In this document: piece by piece, positions 1-11,865 of the stretch
How the letters are laid out: each line of letters starts with the position of its first letter
Position numbering within the stretch: position 1 is the stretch's first letter
Source of the DNA: Chiloscyllium plagiosum
Lineage: Eukaryota
Direction: 5' to 3'
Assembly (NCBI RefSeq): GCF_004010195.1
Contig: NC_057749.1
Location: 24,699,697 to 24,758,871, forward strand
DNA length: 59,175 nucleotides
Program-made: the position numbers and the translations under genes
Notes under the pieces: model-generated
The model's input: only the letters and a program-made list of their open reading frames with translations
Database searches by the model: none
What the model was told of the DNA's origin: nothing

Positions 1-233
1 CGGGGTTGTGGGACTATGAGGTTGGAGGCAGTGGATGGGAGATCCCCTGAGGTGATGAGGTTATGGATGGTCTGGGAGATGATGGTTTGGTGGTGGGAGG
101 TGGGGTCATGGTCAATGGGACAGTAGGAGGAGGTGTCCGTGAGCTGGCATTTAGCCTCAGCAATGTAAAGATCGGTGCGCCACACTACCACCATGCCTCC
201 CTTGTCTGCCGGTTTGATAGTGAGGTTGGGGTT
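1..233 (-). mobile_element. Penelope-like retroelement RT N-terminal fragment (continues off the left edge)
   Basis: The minus strand reads without a stop: NPNLTIKPADKGGMVVVWRTDLYIAEAKCQLTDTSSYCPIDHDPTSHHQTIISQTIHNLITSGDLPSTASNLIVPQP. The IKPADKG motif is characteristic of PLE reverse transcriptases. Confidence 0.85.
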
Positions 234-482
234 ACCCAAAACGTCGATTCTCCTGCTTCTTAGATTCTGCCTGACCTGTTGCGCTTTTCCAGCAACACAT
301 TTTTCAACAGATTCTTTTGCCCTGGAATTCTATCTACTGCCTCCCTTGTCTGCCGGTTTGATAGTGAGGTTGGGGTTACCCAAAACGTCGATTCTCCTGC
401 TTCTTAGATTCTGCCTGACCTGTTGCGCTTTTCCAGCAACACATTTTTCAACAGATTCTTTTGCCCTGGAATGTCTATCTAC
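194..482. repeat. Near-exact 144-bp tandem duplication
   Basis: 194-337 is repeated at 338-482 with a single 1-nt indel seen. Confidence 0.9.
234..308 (+). mobile_element. Inverted PLE terminal arm (family A) joined to the 5' truncation point of the RT fragment
   Basis: CCCAAAACGTCGATTCTCCTGCT...CTGCCTGACCTG..GCGCTTTTCCAGCAACACATTTT matches the arm at 28177-28248 and lies in the opposite orientation to the RT frame. Confidence 0.75.
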
Positions 483-589
483 TACCTTCTTCATTTCACA
501 TTTCCTATGTAAATCGAGTATCAGAACCGGGGATCTGAGGGTGATTTGAACTTCTTAAAAAAATCAGCAAATTACTGATTTTAAACCAG

Positions 590-845
590 AACCCTGCAGA
601 AAGTCTTTTAAATGTTGTACCTACATTCACCACTTCCTCTGGCAGCTCATTCCACACCTGTACCACCCTCTATATGAAAACATTGCCCCTCAGGTCCCTT
701 TTAAATCTTTTCTCTCTCCCCTTAAGCCTGTGCCCCCTGGTTTTGGACTCCCTTCCCCCCCCACCCTGGGGAACATACCTTTGGCTAATCACCTGATCCA
801 TGCCCCTCATCATGTTATAAACCCCTGTAAGGTCACCCCTTAGCT
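590..845 (-). mobile_element. CR1/HER1-like LINE 3' fragment
   Basis: Matches the other copies (ACCACTTCCTCTGGCAGCTCATTCCA...TAAGGTCACCCCT). Confidence 0.8.
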
Positions 846-1324
846 TGCTACATCAGGGTTCAAGTCAACCAATTCGCCAACAGCAACCTCCCTTCTGAAC
901 AGCGATCTGTTAGCGTGAGGTTAAACTCAGAACCGTGATGTTGTACTGAGCATGGTGATGGAAGGGAGAGGGTGATTATTGACCAGAGTTACTCAGCTGC
1001 TGTTACTCACATGGGATTATTCAAATCCAAAGTGGATCTTTGGAAGCGAATGTTTCAGTCAAAGGTTGCTGGGCCCCCCGAGCTCAGAAGCGCTACTCCA
1101 CCGCCATCTTCCGTCAGCATTTACCACAGAGCTTTCTGGCCCTTTCCTTTAGTCCTTCCTCCCCCTTTCAATTCCATTAAAGCCAGGCACATCTCCACTG
1201 TTCTTCCGTTCTGAAGGAGAGCCATGTTCAACTCAAAATGATCACCCCATTTCTCTCTCCTAAGACTGGATTCCCAGCACCTTCTACTTTCATTCCAGCT
1301 TCTGCAGTATTTTGCTTTTAGAAT

Positions 1325-1650
1325 TAGAATTCGATTCCCTACAGTGTGGAAACAGGCCCTTCGGCCCAACAAGTCCACACTGACCCTCCCAAGAGTAACC
1401 CACCCAGACCCATTCCCCTACCCTTTATTTACCCCTGACTAATGCACCTAGCCTACACATCCCTGAACCATACGGGCAATTTAGCATGGCCAATTCACCC
1501 TGACCTGTACATCTTTGGAACGTGGGAGGAAACCCACACAGGGTGAAAGTGCAAACTCCACATAGGCAATCACCCCAGGCGGGAATCGAACCTGGGTCCC
1601 TGGTGCTGTGAGGCAGCAGTGCTAACCCCTGAACCACTGTGCCACCCCCC
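1325..1650 (-). mobile_element. HE1-type tRNA-derived SINE
   Basis: The reverse strand has a Pol III A/B-box head (GGTGGCACAGTGGTTCAG..GGTTAGCACTGCTGCC...GGTTCGATTCC), a central GGAGTTTGCAC domain and a LINE-derived tail (GTTGGGCCGAAGGGCCTGTTTCCACACTGTAGG). Confidence 0.85.
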
Positions 1651-1767
1651 AGTTTGCAGAATTTCCATCCTGGGAAATTTATCATGTGTTCTGTACGGGT
1701 TATCCTCATACCTGAAGGACACCTATAGGTATTTGAGCTTCATATCATCCTACATTGTTAAACATCA

Positions 1768-2159
1768 GCTCTGATTGAGATGTATAAGATTATGAAAGGA
1801 TTGGACACTCTGGCAGTCGGAAACATATTTCCACTGATGGGTGAGTGCCGAACCAGAGGACACAGCTTAAAAATATGGGGTAGACCATTTGGGACAGAGC
1901 TCAGGAGAAACTCCTTCACCCAGAGAGTGGTGGCTGTGTGGAATGCCCTGCCCCAGAGGGCAGTGGAGGCCCAGTCTCTGGATTCGTTTAAGAAAGAGTT
2001 GGATAGTGCTCTCAAGGATAGTGGAATCAAGGGTTATGGAGATAAGGCAGGAACAGGATACTGATTAAGAATGATCAGCCATGATCATATTGAATGGCGG
2101 TGCAGGCTCGAAGGGCTGAATGGCCTACTCCTGCACCAATTGTCCATTGTCTATTGTCT
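1768..2159 (+). mobile_element. CR1-clade LINE 3' end (ORF2 C-terminus plus 3' UTR)
   Basis: ORF 1780-2064 YKIMKGLD...RTRGHSLK...FTQRVVAVWNALP, ending in a short ATTGTC(T/C) tandem tail. Confidence 0.88.
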
Positions 2160-2554
2160 TTAATAATCTGCCGTTAAAAACCTCCTTCACATTTGCTGGG
2201 TCATTCAGCAGAGAGGACGTTAATTATCCGGAGTAGTTTTCTTCACTGCAGACAGGGATTGTCCTCTTTAGTGCCCTTTTCACAGAGATTGGAAAGAACA
2301 AAGGATCATAAATGGCTGGATTCTGATTAAAGTAAACACGGCCAGATGGAATACTGAAGGAATTAGACGCAGAAGATATTTTCATAGCTTATTGGGTTCA
2401 GGAATGGAACTGGAAGAAGGGAAAATAGCTAAAGCTATTCTAATTAAAATATAATAAGGCTTTTGGCTAATAAAGTGTGCAAAATCATGGAATGAATTAT
2501 AGAAGAAAGTGTAAGTAGGCCAGTTGGGCCCAATAAAAATAGTACGATTTTGGT

Positions 2555-3100
2555 ATAGAGTCATACAGCACAGAAAACAGGCCCTTCGGTCCAACCAGTC
2601 CATGCCGACCATTATCCCAAACTAAACTAGCCCCACCTGCCTGCTCCTGGCCCATCTCTCTCCAAGTATTTCTTGTTCATGAACTTATCCAACGGTCTTT
2701 TAAACATTGTAACTGTACTCACAACCATCACTTCCTATTGAAGTTTATTCCATACACAAACCACCCTCTGAGTAAAAAAAAAATTGCCCTTGCGTTTTTT
2801 TTTAATCTTTCCCCCTCACATAAAAAATATGCCCTCTAATCTTGAACTCCTCCACCCGAGGGAAAAGACACCTGCCGTTCACCTTATCCATGCCCCTCAT
2901 GGTTTTATAAAGGTCACCCCTCAATGCTCCAGCGAAAAATGTCCCAGCCTACTCAGCCTGTCTTTGTAACTCAAACCTTCCATATCCGGCGACATCCTGG
3001 TAAATCTCTCCTGAACCCTCTCCAGCTTCTATAATATCCTTCCTATTACAGGGTGACCACAACTGGACGCAATACTCCAAGAGGCACCTCATCAATATTG
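2555..3100 (-). mobile_element. CR1/HER1-like LINE 3' fragment
   Basis: Degenerate ORF2 C-terminus plus the TAGAGTCATACAGCAC tail shared with other copies. Confidence 0.8.
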
Positions 3101-3244
3101 TATAAGTCAGATACTTTGAGGTAATTACAGAAATCTTTCAGCTAAAACAAATGAAACACAGACTTCCTCAAAATCGCAATGCATGGAGTCTTCAATGTAC
3201 GTGGAGAGACTGAAGAAACTTTGGTTGCTGTCTTTGGAGGAGAG

Positions 3245-3385
3245 TTGAAGAGTGTGATGCTGGAAAAGCACAGCAGATCAAGCAGATTCCCCTGCTCCTC
3301 GGATGCTACCTGACTTGCTGTGCTTTTCCAGCGCCACATTTTTCGACTCTGATCTCCAGCATCTGCCGTCCTTACTTCCTCCTAG
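3245..3385 (+). mobile_element. Short fold-back PLE-derived element (family A, ribozyme core missing)
   Basis: GCTGGAAAAGCACAGCAG...CTGTGCTTTTCCAGC inverted repeat followed by the GATCTCCAGCATCTGC tail. Confidence 0.7.
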
Positions 3386-3404
3386 TCCTCAGAGAAGGAC
3401 AGGT

Positions 3405-3985
3405 TAGAGTCATAGAGTCATAGAGATGTACAGCATGGAAACAGACCCTTTGATCTAACCCGTCCATGCCATCCAGATATCCCAACCCAATCTAGTCCCA
3501 CCTGCCAGCACCGGGCCCATATCCCTCCAAACCCTTCCTATTCATGTACCCATCCAGATGCCTTTTAAATGTTGCAATTGTACCAACCTCCACCACTTCC
3601 TCTGGCAGCTCATTCCATATACATACCACACTCTGCGACCCTGAGGTCTCTTTTATGTCTTTCCCCTCTCACCTTAAACCTATGCCCTCTGGTTCTGGAC
3701 TCCCCAACCCCAGGGAAAATGCTTTGTCTATTTATCCTATCCATGCCCCTCATAATTTTATAAACCTCTATAAGGTCACCCCTCAGCCTCCTACACTCCA
3801 GGGAAAACAGCCCCAGCCTGTTCAGCCTCTCCCTGTAGCTCAGATCCTCTAAGCCTGGCAACATCCTTGTAAATCTTTTCTGAACCCTTTCAAGTTTCAC
3901 AACATCTTTCCGATAGCAAAGAGACAAGAATTGCACGCAATATTCCAACAGTGGCCTAACCAATGTCCTGTACAGCTGCACTGAT
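3405..3985 (-). mobile_element. CR1/HER1-like LINE 3' fragment
   Basis: ORF 3610-4017(-): LYRTLVRPLLEYCVQF...LERVQKRFTRMLPG...RRLRGDLIEVYKIM...RTRGHRFKV. Confidence 0.9.
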
Positions 3986-4438
3986 AGATACGGTTCAAAA
4001 TCTTGAGATATCCACAAAAATCAGGTGAAGTCAGACTGTTTCTGTTGCCAGTAGGACTGAGAACCAGAGGGAATTGGTTTAGGGAGATTAGCAGAAGAAC
4101 CCAGAGTGACATGAGGAAAAAGAGATTGACGTAGTGATTGGCGGGGATATCCAATATATAGTTTACAAATGATAGAGGTAGATTTAGTTGTAGCTTTTGA
4201 AAGAGAATTGTACAATTATTTGAAGTCTGGCGACCTGAAGGATTGGGGGAGTGAGAAACTGTTGAGTTGCTCTTATATGATGGGCCAAATGGCCTCCTTC
4301 TGCGTCAATCACGATTCTATGTTACCTTCAGAAGAAAACTGGTGAAAATTTTATTACTATCTGTTGTGGTCACATCCACCAGTACAATCTGAGACGCCTT
4401 GATTGATTCACTGTCACCAATCCTTCTTATCGACACAG

Positions 4439-4740
4439 TGTTACTGATAATAATGAGGGAAGGATGCTTACACAGAGAGCTCAGCAGAAGAGAGGCTCAG
4501 TCTTTGTAAATATACCAGACTTATGACATAGTGCTTGATACCTAGATATATTACATCTGAGTTACTTGACAGTCTATTGTAAGACCTCAGGTTAAGGTAA
4601 ATACACATTACTGCTAGCTATGTAGAAGTTAACTCTCAGGATGGATAATTGCAAAGCTGGTTAAGTCCACACAGGAACTGTGCTTTACATCTGGTGGGTG
4701 GAGCTTATCATATGATGCCAGTTCACCCTTTAATTTCCAA
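4439..4740 (-). mobile_element. Solo-LTR-like repeat, copy 1
   Basis: Shares ordered blocks with 39987-40265 (GGATGC.TACACAGAG, AGCAGAAGAGAGGCT, ACATAGTGCTT, TACACATTACT, TGGGTGGAGCTTATC.TATGAT). Confidence 0.5.
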
Positions 4741-5234
4741 CCATCTCAGGATCTGAAAGTGTTCTGCATAAACGCAAACTATCCTTTTATTTCTTTGCCA
4801 AAACTGAGCCGGACCCCAAATTCATGGACTCCAGAATTGGGGTGCGCCTTTGCCAAGATGTCACACTGAAGCACCTCAGACTTCAGACCTCGGATGGTTG
4901 TGAGACCTTGAGGTCTTGATCTTACTTTCAATGTGACCATTGCTTTAATGGTGTCTGTCCCACCTAGTGAGGGGGTATCTTTGAGAAGGAGAAAGTGGGA
5001 GATGGTTGGTGGGGATGGTTGAGAACTTGGATCATGGTAGCAAATAAAAAATGATCCACAATAGATTATCAATAGTTAAGGACAAAAAAAAATCTGACTG
5101 TTTACCTACCCAGAGACGTAAATTAGCAAGATCCTATAAACCTAACCCTACATAATGTTTTAACCAGATCCCTGAAGAGGATCCCCAATTTGTCACAGTT
5201 CCAATTGGGATACCTCAAATCATTACGCTCCTAG

Positions 5235-5555
5235 GTGGGCTGGCACGGTGGCTCAGTGGTTAGCATTGCTGCCCCACGGCGCCAGGGACTCGGGTTGAAA
5301 TCCACCCTCTTTGTGGAGTTTGCAGGTTCTCCCCTTGTCTGTGTGGGTTTCCTCCCACAGTCCAAAAATGTGCAGGTAAGGGTGGATTGGCAATGCTAAA
5401 TTACCCATCGTGTCTAGGGAGGTGCAGGCTATGTGGATTACCTATAGGAAATGCAGGGTTTCAGGGGTGGCGGGTCTGGATGGGATGTCCTTTGGAGGGT
5501 CAGTGTGGACTTGATTGGCTGAATGGCCTGCTTCCATAGTGTAGAGATTCGATGG
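5235..5555 (+). mobile_element. HE1-type SINE
   Basis: GGCACGGTGGCTCAGTGGTTAGCATTGCTGCC head, GGAGTTTGCA central domain, GGCTGAATGGCCTGCTTCCA tail. Confidence 0.8.
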
Positions 5556-5721
5556 TTTCCCCCTCTTTATTTCATTGCAACAGAATTAATTAATAAAGAG
5601 TCCCTCCCTTTTTCTTGCACCAAATGGATTTATGGTTTGAAAGGAACCAAATTAACCGTATTTTCTCGAGTTAACAAGAGAGGGATTATTAGTTATTAAA
5701 TGTGAGAAGTAATAACATGAG

Positions 5722-5992
5722 ACACAAATTCACACTCACACTCACTCGCACACAAACTCACACTCACACTCACTCACAAACTCACACACTCACACATACA
5801 CTCACACACACAAATTCACAGTCACTCACACACACACAAACTGACACACATACACATGCACAAGCGCGCACACACACAAACCTACACACACGTGCACGTG
5901 CATGCACACACTCTCTCACACACATACATACACTATTTCTCTCACACATACACACTTTTCTTGCACACACACACATACACACACACACACGT
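5722..5992. repeat. Degenerate (CA)n/(CACT)n microsatellite
   Basis: Direct inspection. Confidence 0.9.
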
Positions 5993-6474
5993 GAAATGAG
6001 AAGTGAGTCCAGAAGAAGATAAAACTTCAAAGACGTAAGGATCAGTGGTTCTTGGACTGTGATCTTCACAGCACACTAGTCCCCCAGCCCACTCCCACAC
6101 CTTCTTCCACTAGCACACGCACCTCAGGTTGAGCTAACTCTGAATTCATGATCCTTGAAAGAGGAAGACACAAAGGATGTCTTTTGCCCAGAATGCTGTC
6201 TGTTTTCCCATGGTGTTCACAGCCTGAGATAACTCTCAGGAGATTACAATGCAGTGAGTAGGGCATTTCCCTCTTTTAAGTCCATCCATTTGAAACTTCA
6301 TTGAGGTTTCAGTGGCATTGATCCCTGCAGCCACTCCAAGCTTGTACGTGCAGCGATTGGCATTGGAACCCATCATTCTGTAGGGGATCCATGGTCATGG
6401 CAATAAGATTGCTGAGTGTTAAGTCCAAAGGATAGAGTTTGGAAGCTGATGGCGCTTGTGATTTGTGCAAGCAC

Positions 6475-7215
6475 TCGAGTCGCCATAGTCTTACAAGACT
6501 ATAGGGCTGCTGTGTCATGAGGGAGAGGGGTGACTGGTCGTGATTTAACCACCTCAGGTGAGGAGAGATTAGATTAGATTATTTTAGATTACTTACAGTA
6601 TGGAAACAGGCCCTTCGGCCCAACAAGTCCACACCAACCCGCCGTAGCGCAACCCACCCAGACCCATTCCCCAACATTTACACTTCCGGTTACCAAAATC
6701 TCAACAAGTTTGTCAACACAACCTTAATAAATTCCTTAATAAATATAATCACAACTGCCTGCAATAAGTGAGCAAGCTGTCTGCTGTGTTAGATTCCTTA
6801 CAGTCTGGAAACAGGCCCTTCGGCCCAACAAGTCCACACTGACCCTCCGAACGGTAACCCACCCAGACCCATTTCCCTCTGACTAATGCACCTAACACTA
6901 TGGACAATTTAGTGGGACCAATTCACCTGACCTGTGGGAGGAAACCAGAGCACTTGGAGGAAACCCACGCAGACACAGGGAGAATGTGTAAACTCCACAC
7001 AGTCAGTCACCCGAGGCTACAATCGAACCTGGGACCCTGGTGCAGTGAGGCAGCAGTGCTAACCACTGAGCCACCGTGCCGTCCTCTACGAGAGATTGAG
7101 AAGAAGCGCACTTTATGGTCACCTCAGCCACTTCGGGAATTGAACCTACGCTGTTGGCATCGCACTGCTTTGCAAGCCCACCATCCAGCCAACTGAGCTA
7201 AACTAACCCCCAAAG
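6475..7215 (-). mobile_element. Second tRNA-derived SINE family, split by HE1-type SINE insertions (6585-6685 tail, 6790-7082)
   Basis: The pieces 6475-6570 and 7085-7215 match the SINE at 27055-27211 plus 28290-28370. The intervening sequence contains HE1 motifs. Confidence 0.65.
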
Positions 7216-7419
7216 GAAGTCCCAATCAGCTCGCCCATCACCTTCTGATCAATACAGCCCACAATCCAGGATTGTTACCAAGTTATCCCTGGAGGATTAC
7301 TTACAAAAGAAGCAGAATCCTACAGATTTGAATTTTCTTCATTTCATACACGTAGTTAGGAGACTTCTAGCCTGGATTACTGATATCGCGTTACATGGAC
7401 GTTCAATGGCATTGCATCA

Positions 7420-8150
7420 ATGAATCCCCAACAATATCCTGAGGGTCATCATTGATGAGGAACTGAACTGGACCAGCTATCTAACCACTGTGGCTACAGG
7501 AGCAGGTCAGAGGCTAGGAATACTGTGGAGACTACATCAATAACCTCAGCCCTCTGTATACAAGGCATAAGTCAGGGTCAATAGCAATGTGGATACAAAA
7601 TCGCCTGAGAGTTAGGAAACGTTTCTCAAGCTGGAGGAAGATTTGTAGAGGAGGTCCCCATGGGGTAGGTATTGGGACCCTTGTTTTTTCCTGATATATA
7701 TTAACACTCTTGACCTTGGAATGAAGGGGTAATTTCAAAGTTTGCAGCTGACATATAAAATTTGGAAGTATGGTAAACTGTGATAAGGACAAGAACTCCA
7801 CAAGGACATAGACGAGCTGTTAGAACAGATAGATGGGGTGGAATATCAGTGCAGAGACGTGTGAGGTGATGCATTTTGGTGGGAAAAAACATTGAAAAAC
7901 GACTCAAAATAGGGGATACAATTCTGGGGAACTTAGTGTATATGTGTATGGATCATTGGAAATAGCAGGACAGGTTGAGAGATCTGTTTATAAAGCAGAC
8001 AGGCTTTACTAACACATTACATACGAGGAAGCAGGTGAAGCTGAAATTATTAGACCTCAGCTGGAGTAATGCGCACAGTTCTGGGCACCCCATTACAGTA
8101 ACGATGTGATCAAATTGTACACAAGTGGTTTACAGCAACATTTCCAGGAT
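7420..8150 (+). mobile_element. Old non-LTR (CR1-like) RT remnants
   Basis: ILRVIIDEELNWTSYLTTVATGAGQRLGIL-like segment, then degenerate GVP.G/KFAAD-like and CCTCAGCTGGAGTA..GCACAGTTCTGGGCACC segments. Confidence 0.6.
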
Positions 8151-9982
8151 GTGGGATATACAGAGTGTTACAGTAAGAGGTGTGGGGTATAACAGAGTAT
8201 TACAGTAAGGTGTATCAGAGTGTTACAGTGAGGGGTGTGGGATATATCAGAGTGTTACAGTGAAAGTGTGGGTTATATCAGTGTTACATTGAGGAGTGTA
8301 GGGTATATCAGAGTGTTACAGTAAGGGGTGTGGGGTATGTCAGTATGTTACAGTGAGGGGTGTGGTATATACAGAGTGTTACAGTGAGAGGTGTGGGTTA
8401 TATCAGTGTGTTACAGTGAGGGGTGTGGGTTATATCAGTGTGTTACATGAGGGGTATGGAATATATCAGAGTGTTACAGTGAGGAGTGTGGGGTATATCA
8501 GAGTGTTACAGTGAGTGGTGTGGGATATGACAGAGTGTTACAGTGAGGAGTGTGGGGTATATCAGTGTTACAGTGAGGAGTGTGGAGTATATCAGAGTGT
8601 TACACTGAGTGGTGTGGGATATGGCAGAGTGTTACAGTGAGGAGTGTGGGGTATAACAGAGTATTACAGTGAGGTGTATCAGAGTGTTACAGTGAGGGGT
8701 GTGGGTTATATCAGTGTGTTACAGTGAGGGGTGTGGGNNNNNNNNNNNNNNNNNNNNNNNNNNNNNNNNNNNNNNNNNNNNNNNNNNNNNNNNNNNNNNN
8801 NNNNNNNNNNNNNNNNNNNNNNNNNNNNNNNNNNNNNNNNNNNNNNNNNNNNNNNNNNNNNNNNNNNNNNNNNNNNNNNNNNNNNNNNNNNNNNNNNNNN
8901 NNNNNNNNNNNNNNNNNNNNNNNNNNNNNNNNNNNNNNNNNNNNNNNNNNNNNNNNNNNNNNNNNNNNNNNNNNNNNNNNNNNNNNGTTACAGTGAGGGG
9001 TGTGGGGTATATGAGTGTGTTACAGTGAGTGGTGTAGGATATATCAGAGTGTTACAGTGAGGGGAGTGGGATATATCAGAGTGGTATAGTGAGGGGTGTG
9101 GAGTATATCAGTGTGTTACAGTGAAGGTTGTGGGTTATATCAGTGTTACATTGAGGGGTGTGGGGTATATCAGTGTGTTACAGTGAAGGGTGTGGGTTAT
9201 ATCAGTGTTACATTGAGGGGTGTAGGGTATATCAGAGTGTTACAGTGAGGAATGTGGGGTATATCAGAGTGTTACAGTGAGGGGAGTGGGATATATCAGA
9301 GTGTTACAGTGAAAGGTGTGGGTTATATCAGTGTTACATTGAGGAGTGTAGGGTATATCAGAGTGTTACAGTAAGGGGTGTGGGGTATATCAGCGAGTTA
9401 CAGTGAGGGGTGTGGGGTATATCAGAGTGTTACAGTGAGGGGTGTGGGATATATCAGAGTGTTACGGTGAGGGGTGTGCGGAAGATCAGTGTGTTACAGT
9501 GAGGGGTGTGGGTTATGTCACAGTGTTACAGTGAAGGGTGTGGGGTATATCAGAGTGTTACAGTGAGGGGTGTAGGATATATCAGAGTGTTACAGCGAGG
9601 GGTGTGGGGTATAACAGAGTGTTACAGTGAGGGGTGTGGGGTATATGAGTGTGTTACAGTGAGTGGTGTAGGATATATCAGAGTGTTACAGTGAGGGGAG
9701 TGGGATATATCAGAGTGGTATAGTGAGGGGTGTGGGGTATATCAGTGTGTTACAGTGAAGGTTGTGGGTTATATCAGTGTTACATTGAGGGGTGTGGGGT
9801 ATATCAGTGTGTTACAGTGAAGGATGTGGGTTATATCAGTGTTACATTGAGGGGTGTAGGGTATATCAGAGTGTTACAATGAGGAATGTGGGGTATATCA
9901 GAGTGTTACAGTAAGGGGTGTGGGGTATATCAGAGTGTTACAGTGAGGGGTGTGGGGTATATCAGAGTGTTACGGTGAGGGA
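8148..9982 (+). repeat. 32-bp G-rich minisatellite (contains N-gap 8738-8986)
   Basis: Consensus GTGTTACAGTGAGGGGTGTGGGGTATATCAGA repeated in tandem with variant units. Confidence 0.95.
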
Positions 9983-10741
9983 ATTTGAAAATTACCTGCA
10001 ATTTGGGTGCAGCCTTGTTAGTACAGGCATGTAACAGAACACAATAGCCTCAACATAGCCCACTCCAAATAAATGTTGTGACCTGGTAACAGAAACATCA
10101 GTCTAAGCAGTAAGAGGCTCCAGTGAAAGTATTAGAATCTCATAACTAAGGTCAGACCCACAGTGAAACCACAAAAATGTGCAATTTTTAGACTGTTATT
10201 CCAAAAGACCAGGCAGCTGTTTCCAATAAAGGCAACATGAGCAATGAACTCCAGTGATGTAAAAGGTCAAGTAAAGGCATAAATCTTTGAGATTCTTGTC
10301 TGCTCTGTGTGTGCAGGGTAATGGGAGAGAGTCATGATGTTGGAAGGAATATTTATCCTGCTCCAAACAGCATGTTGGGTCGCTGTTACATGTTGACTGT
10401 GAAGAAGTGGCTGTTTTCTCAACAACAGCCTGACACTCTGACTGATAACATACATACCAAAATGAATGGCAGATCAGTCCGGGGAATGGATACCAGCCCT
10501 CGAAGGGTCTAATCGATGGGTTGACACTCTGTTATATTAACAGCAGGTTGGGGACTGGTTACATTGGGTCCTTTTCTTTGCCAAACCGAATCAGATCTCT
10601 GTGCCGCTTGGTTTGAAGTGTTTGTCCTTGGTTCATTTTGGCTGTCAGCAAAAAAAAAGAGGAGACAACAAATTATCGTCATACGTTTTCCAGATTGCAA
10701 CCGCGATCTGCACACGCTCAACCAAGTCACAGCATAACCGA

Positions 10742-11160
10742 CCAAAAACCAATAGAACTGCTGGAAATCGGACGCAAAAATGGAAGTTACTGGAAAAGCT
10801 CAGCACTGAACTAGGCGGAAGTGAGGACTGCAGATGCTGGAGATTAGAGTCAAGATTAGAGCGGTCCTGGAAAAGCGCAGCAGGTCAGGCAGCAGGTCAG
10901 GCAGCATCAGGAGAGTCGACGTTTCGCTTTCTGATGAACGACTCCTGCCTGAAATGTCAATTTTCCTGCTCCTCGGATGCTGCCTGACCGGCTGCGCTTT
11001 TCCAGCACCACTCTAATCTTGACTCTGAACTCAGAACTGGTGAGAGCGGATGCCGCCTGTTCCGAAGAAGGGTCACTGGCCCCGAAGCATTCACTTTGCT
11101 TTCTCTCTACAGATGCTGCCGGACGTGCTGAGCTTTTCCAGCAATTTCTGTTTGTGTTAC
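10742..11160. mobile_element. Nested PLE-derived fold-back elements (family A 10813-11024 inside family B)
   Basis: The inner element has inverted arms and a flanking CTGAACT direct repeat (10806-10812, 11025-11031). The outer arms read CTGGAAAAGCTCAGCA...TGCTGAGCTTTTCCAG. Confidence 0.7.
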
Positions 11161-11225
11161 CATAACCATTCAGATTAAACATGGAAACATAATCCTCAAA
11201 GCACAGCAGAAGGCCATTTTTTTTA

Positions 11226-11540
11226 ACGATTCCCTACAGTATGGAAACAGGCCCGTCGGCCCAACAAGTCCACAGCGATCCTCTGAAGAGCAACCCACCC
11301 AGACTCATTCTCATACCCTATATTTCTCTCTGACTAATGCACCTAACACGATGGGCAATTTAGCATGGCCAATTCACCTGACCTGCACATCTTTTAGATG
11401 GCGGGAGAAAACCGGAGCAAACCCGCACAGACCCGGGGAGAATGTGCAAGCTCCATGCCGACAGTCGCCCGAGGCTGGAATTGAACCTGGGGCCCTAATG
11501 CTGTGAGGCAACAGTGCTAACCACTGAGCCACCATGCCAT
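11226..11540 (-). mobile_element. HE1-type SINE
   Basis: Full head, body and tail on the minus strand. Confidence 0.85.
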
Positions 11541-11548
11541 CACATTTG

Positions 11549-11865
11549 ACTTAGTGGTTAGCACTGTTGCCTCATAGCACAGGGACCTGGGTTCAATTCC
11601 AGCCTCACGCGACTATCTGTGTGGAGTTTGCACATTTTCCCCGTAGCTGCGTGGGTTTCCTCCGGGTGCTCCGGTTTCCTCCCACTGTCCAAAGATGTGC
11701 AGGTTAGTGGATTGACAATGGGAAATTGCCCATAGTGTTCAGGGATGTGTAGGTTAGGTGCATTAGTCAGGGGCAAATATAAGATAATAGGGTAGGGGAA
11801 CGGGCCTGGGTGGGTTACTCTTCGAAGGGACGGTGTGGACTTGTTGGACTGTAGGGATTCTATGA
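11549..11865 (+). mobile_element. HE1-type SINE (head-to-head with the previous copy)
   Basis: TAGTGGTTAGCACTGTTGCC...GGTTCAATTCC...GGAGTTTGCACATT...GTGGACTTGTTGG. Confidence 0.85.

Noticed and set aside
1011..1075. Peptide GLFKSKVDLWK resembling an MVB12B segment
   Set aside because: The motif order differs, there are no convincing splice sites, and the match is short enough to be chance.
5235..5310. tRNA genes at GGTGGCTCAGTGGTTAGC...GGTTC motifs
   Set aside because: These are SINE heads that continue into SINE bodies, with no acceptor-stem closure or Pol III terminator.
8148..9982. CRISPR-like array of ~32-bp repeats
   Set aside because: The units are contiguous with no unique spacers, there are no cas genes, and the DNA is vertebrate. 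It is a minisatellite.
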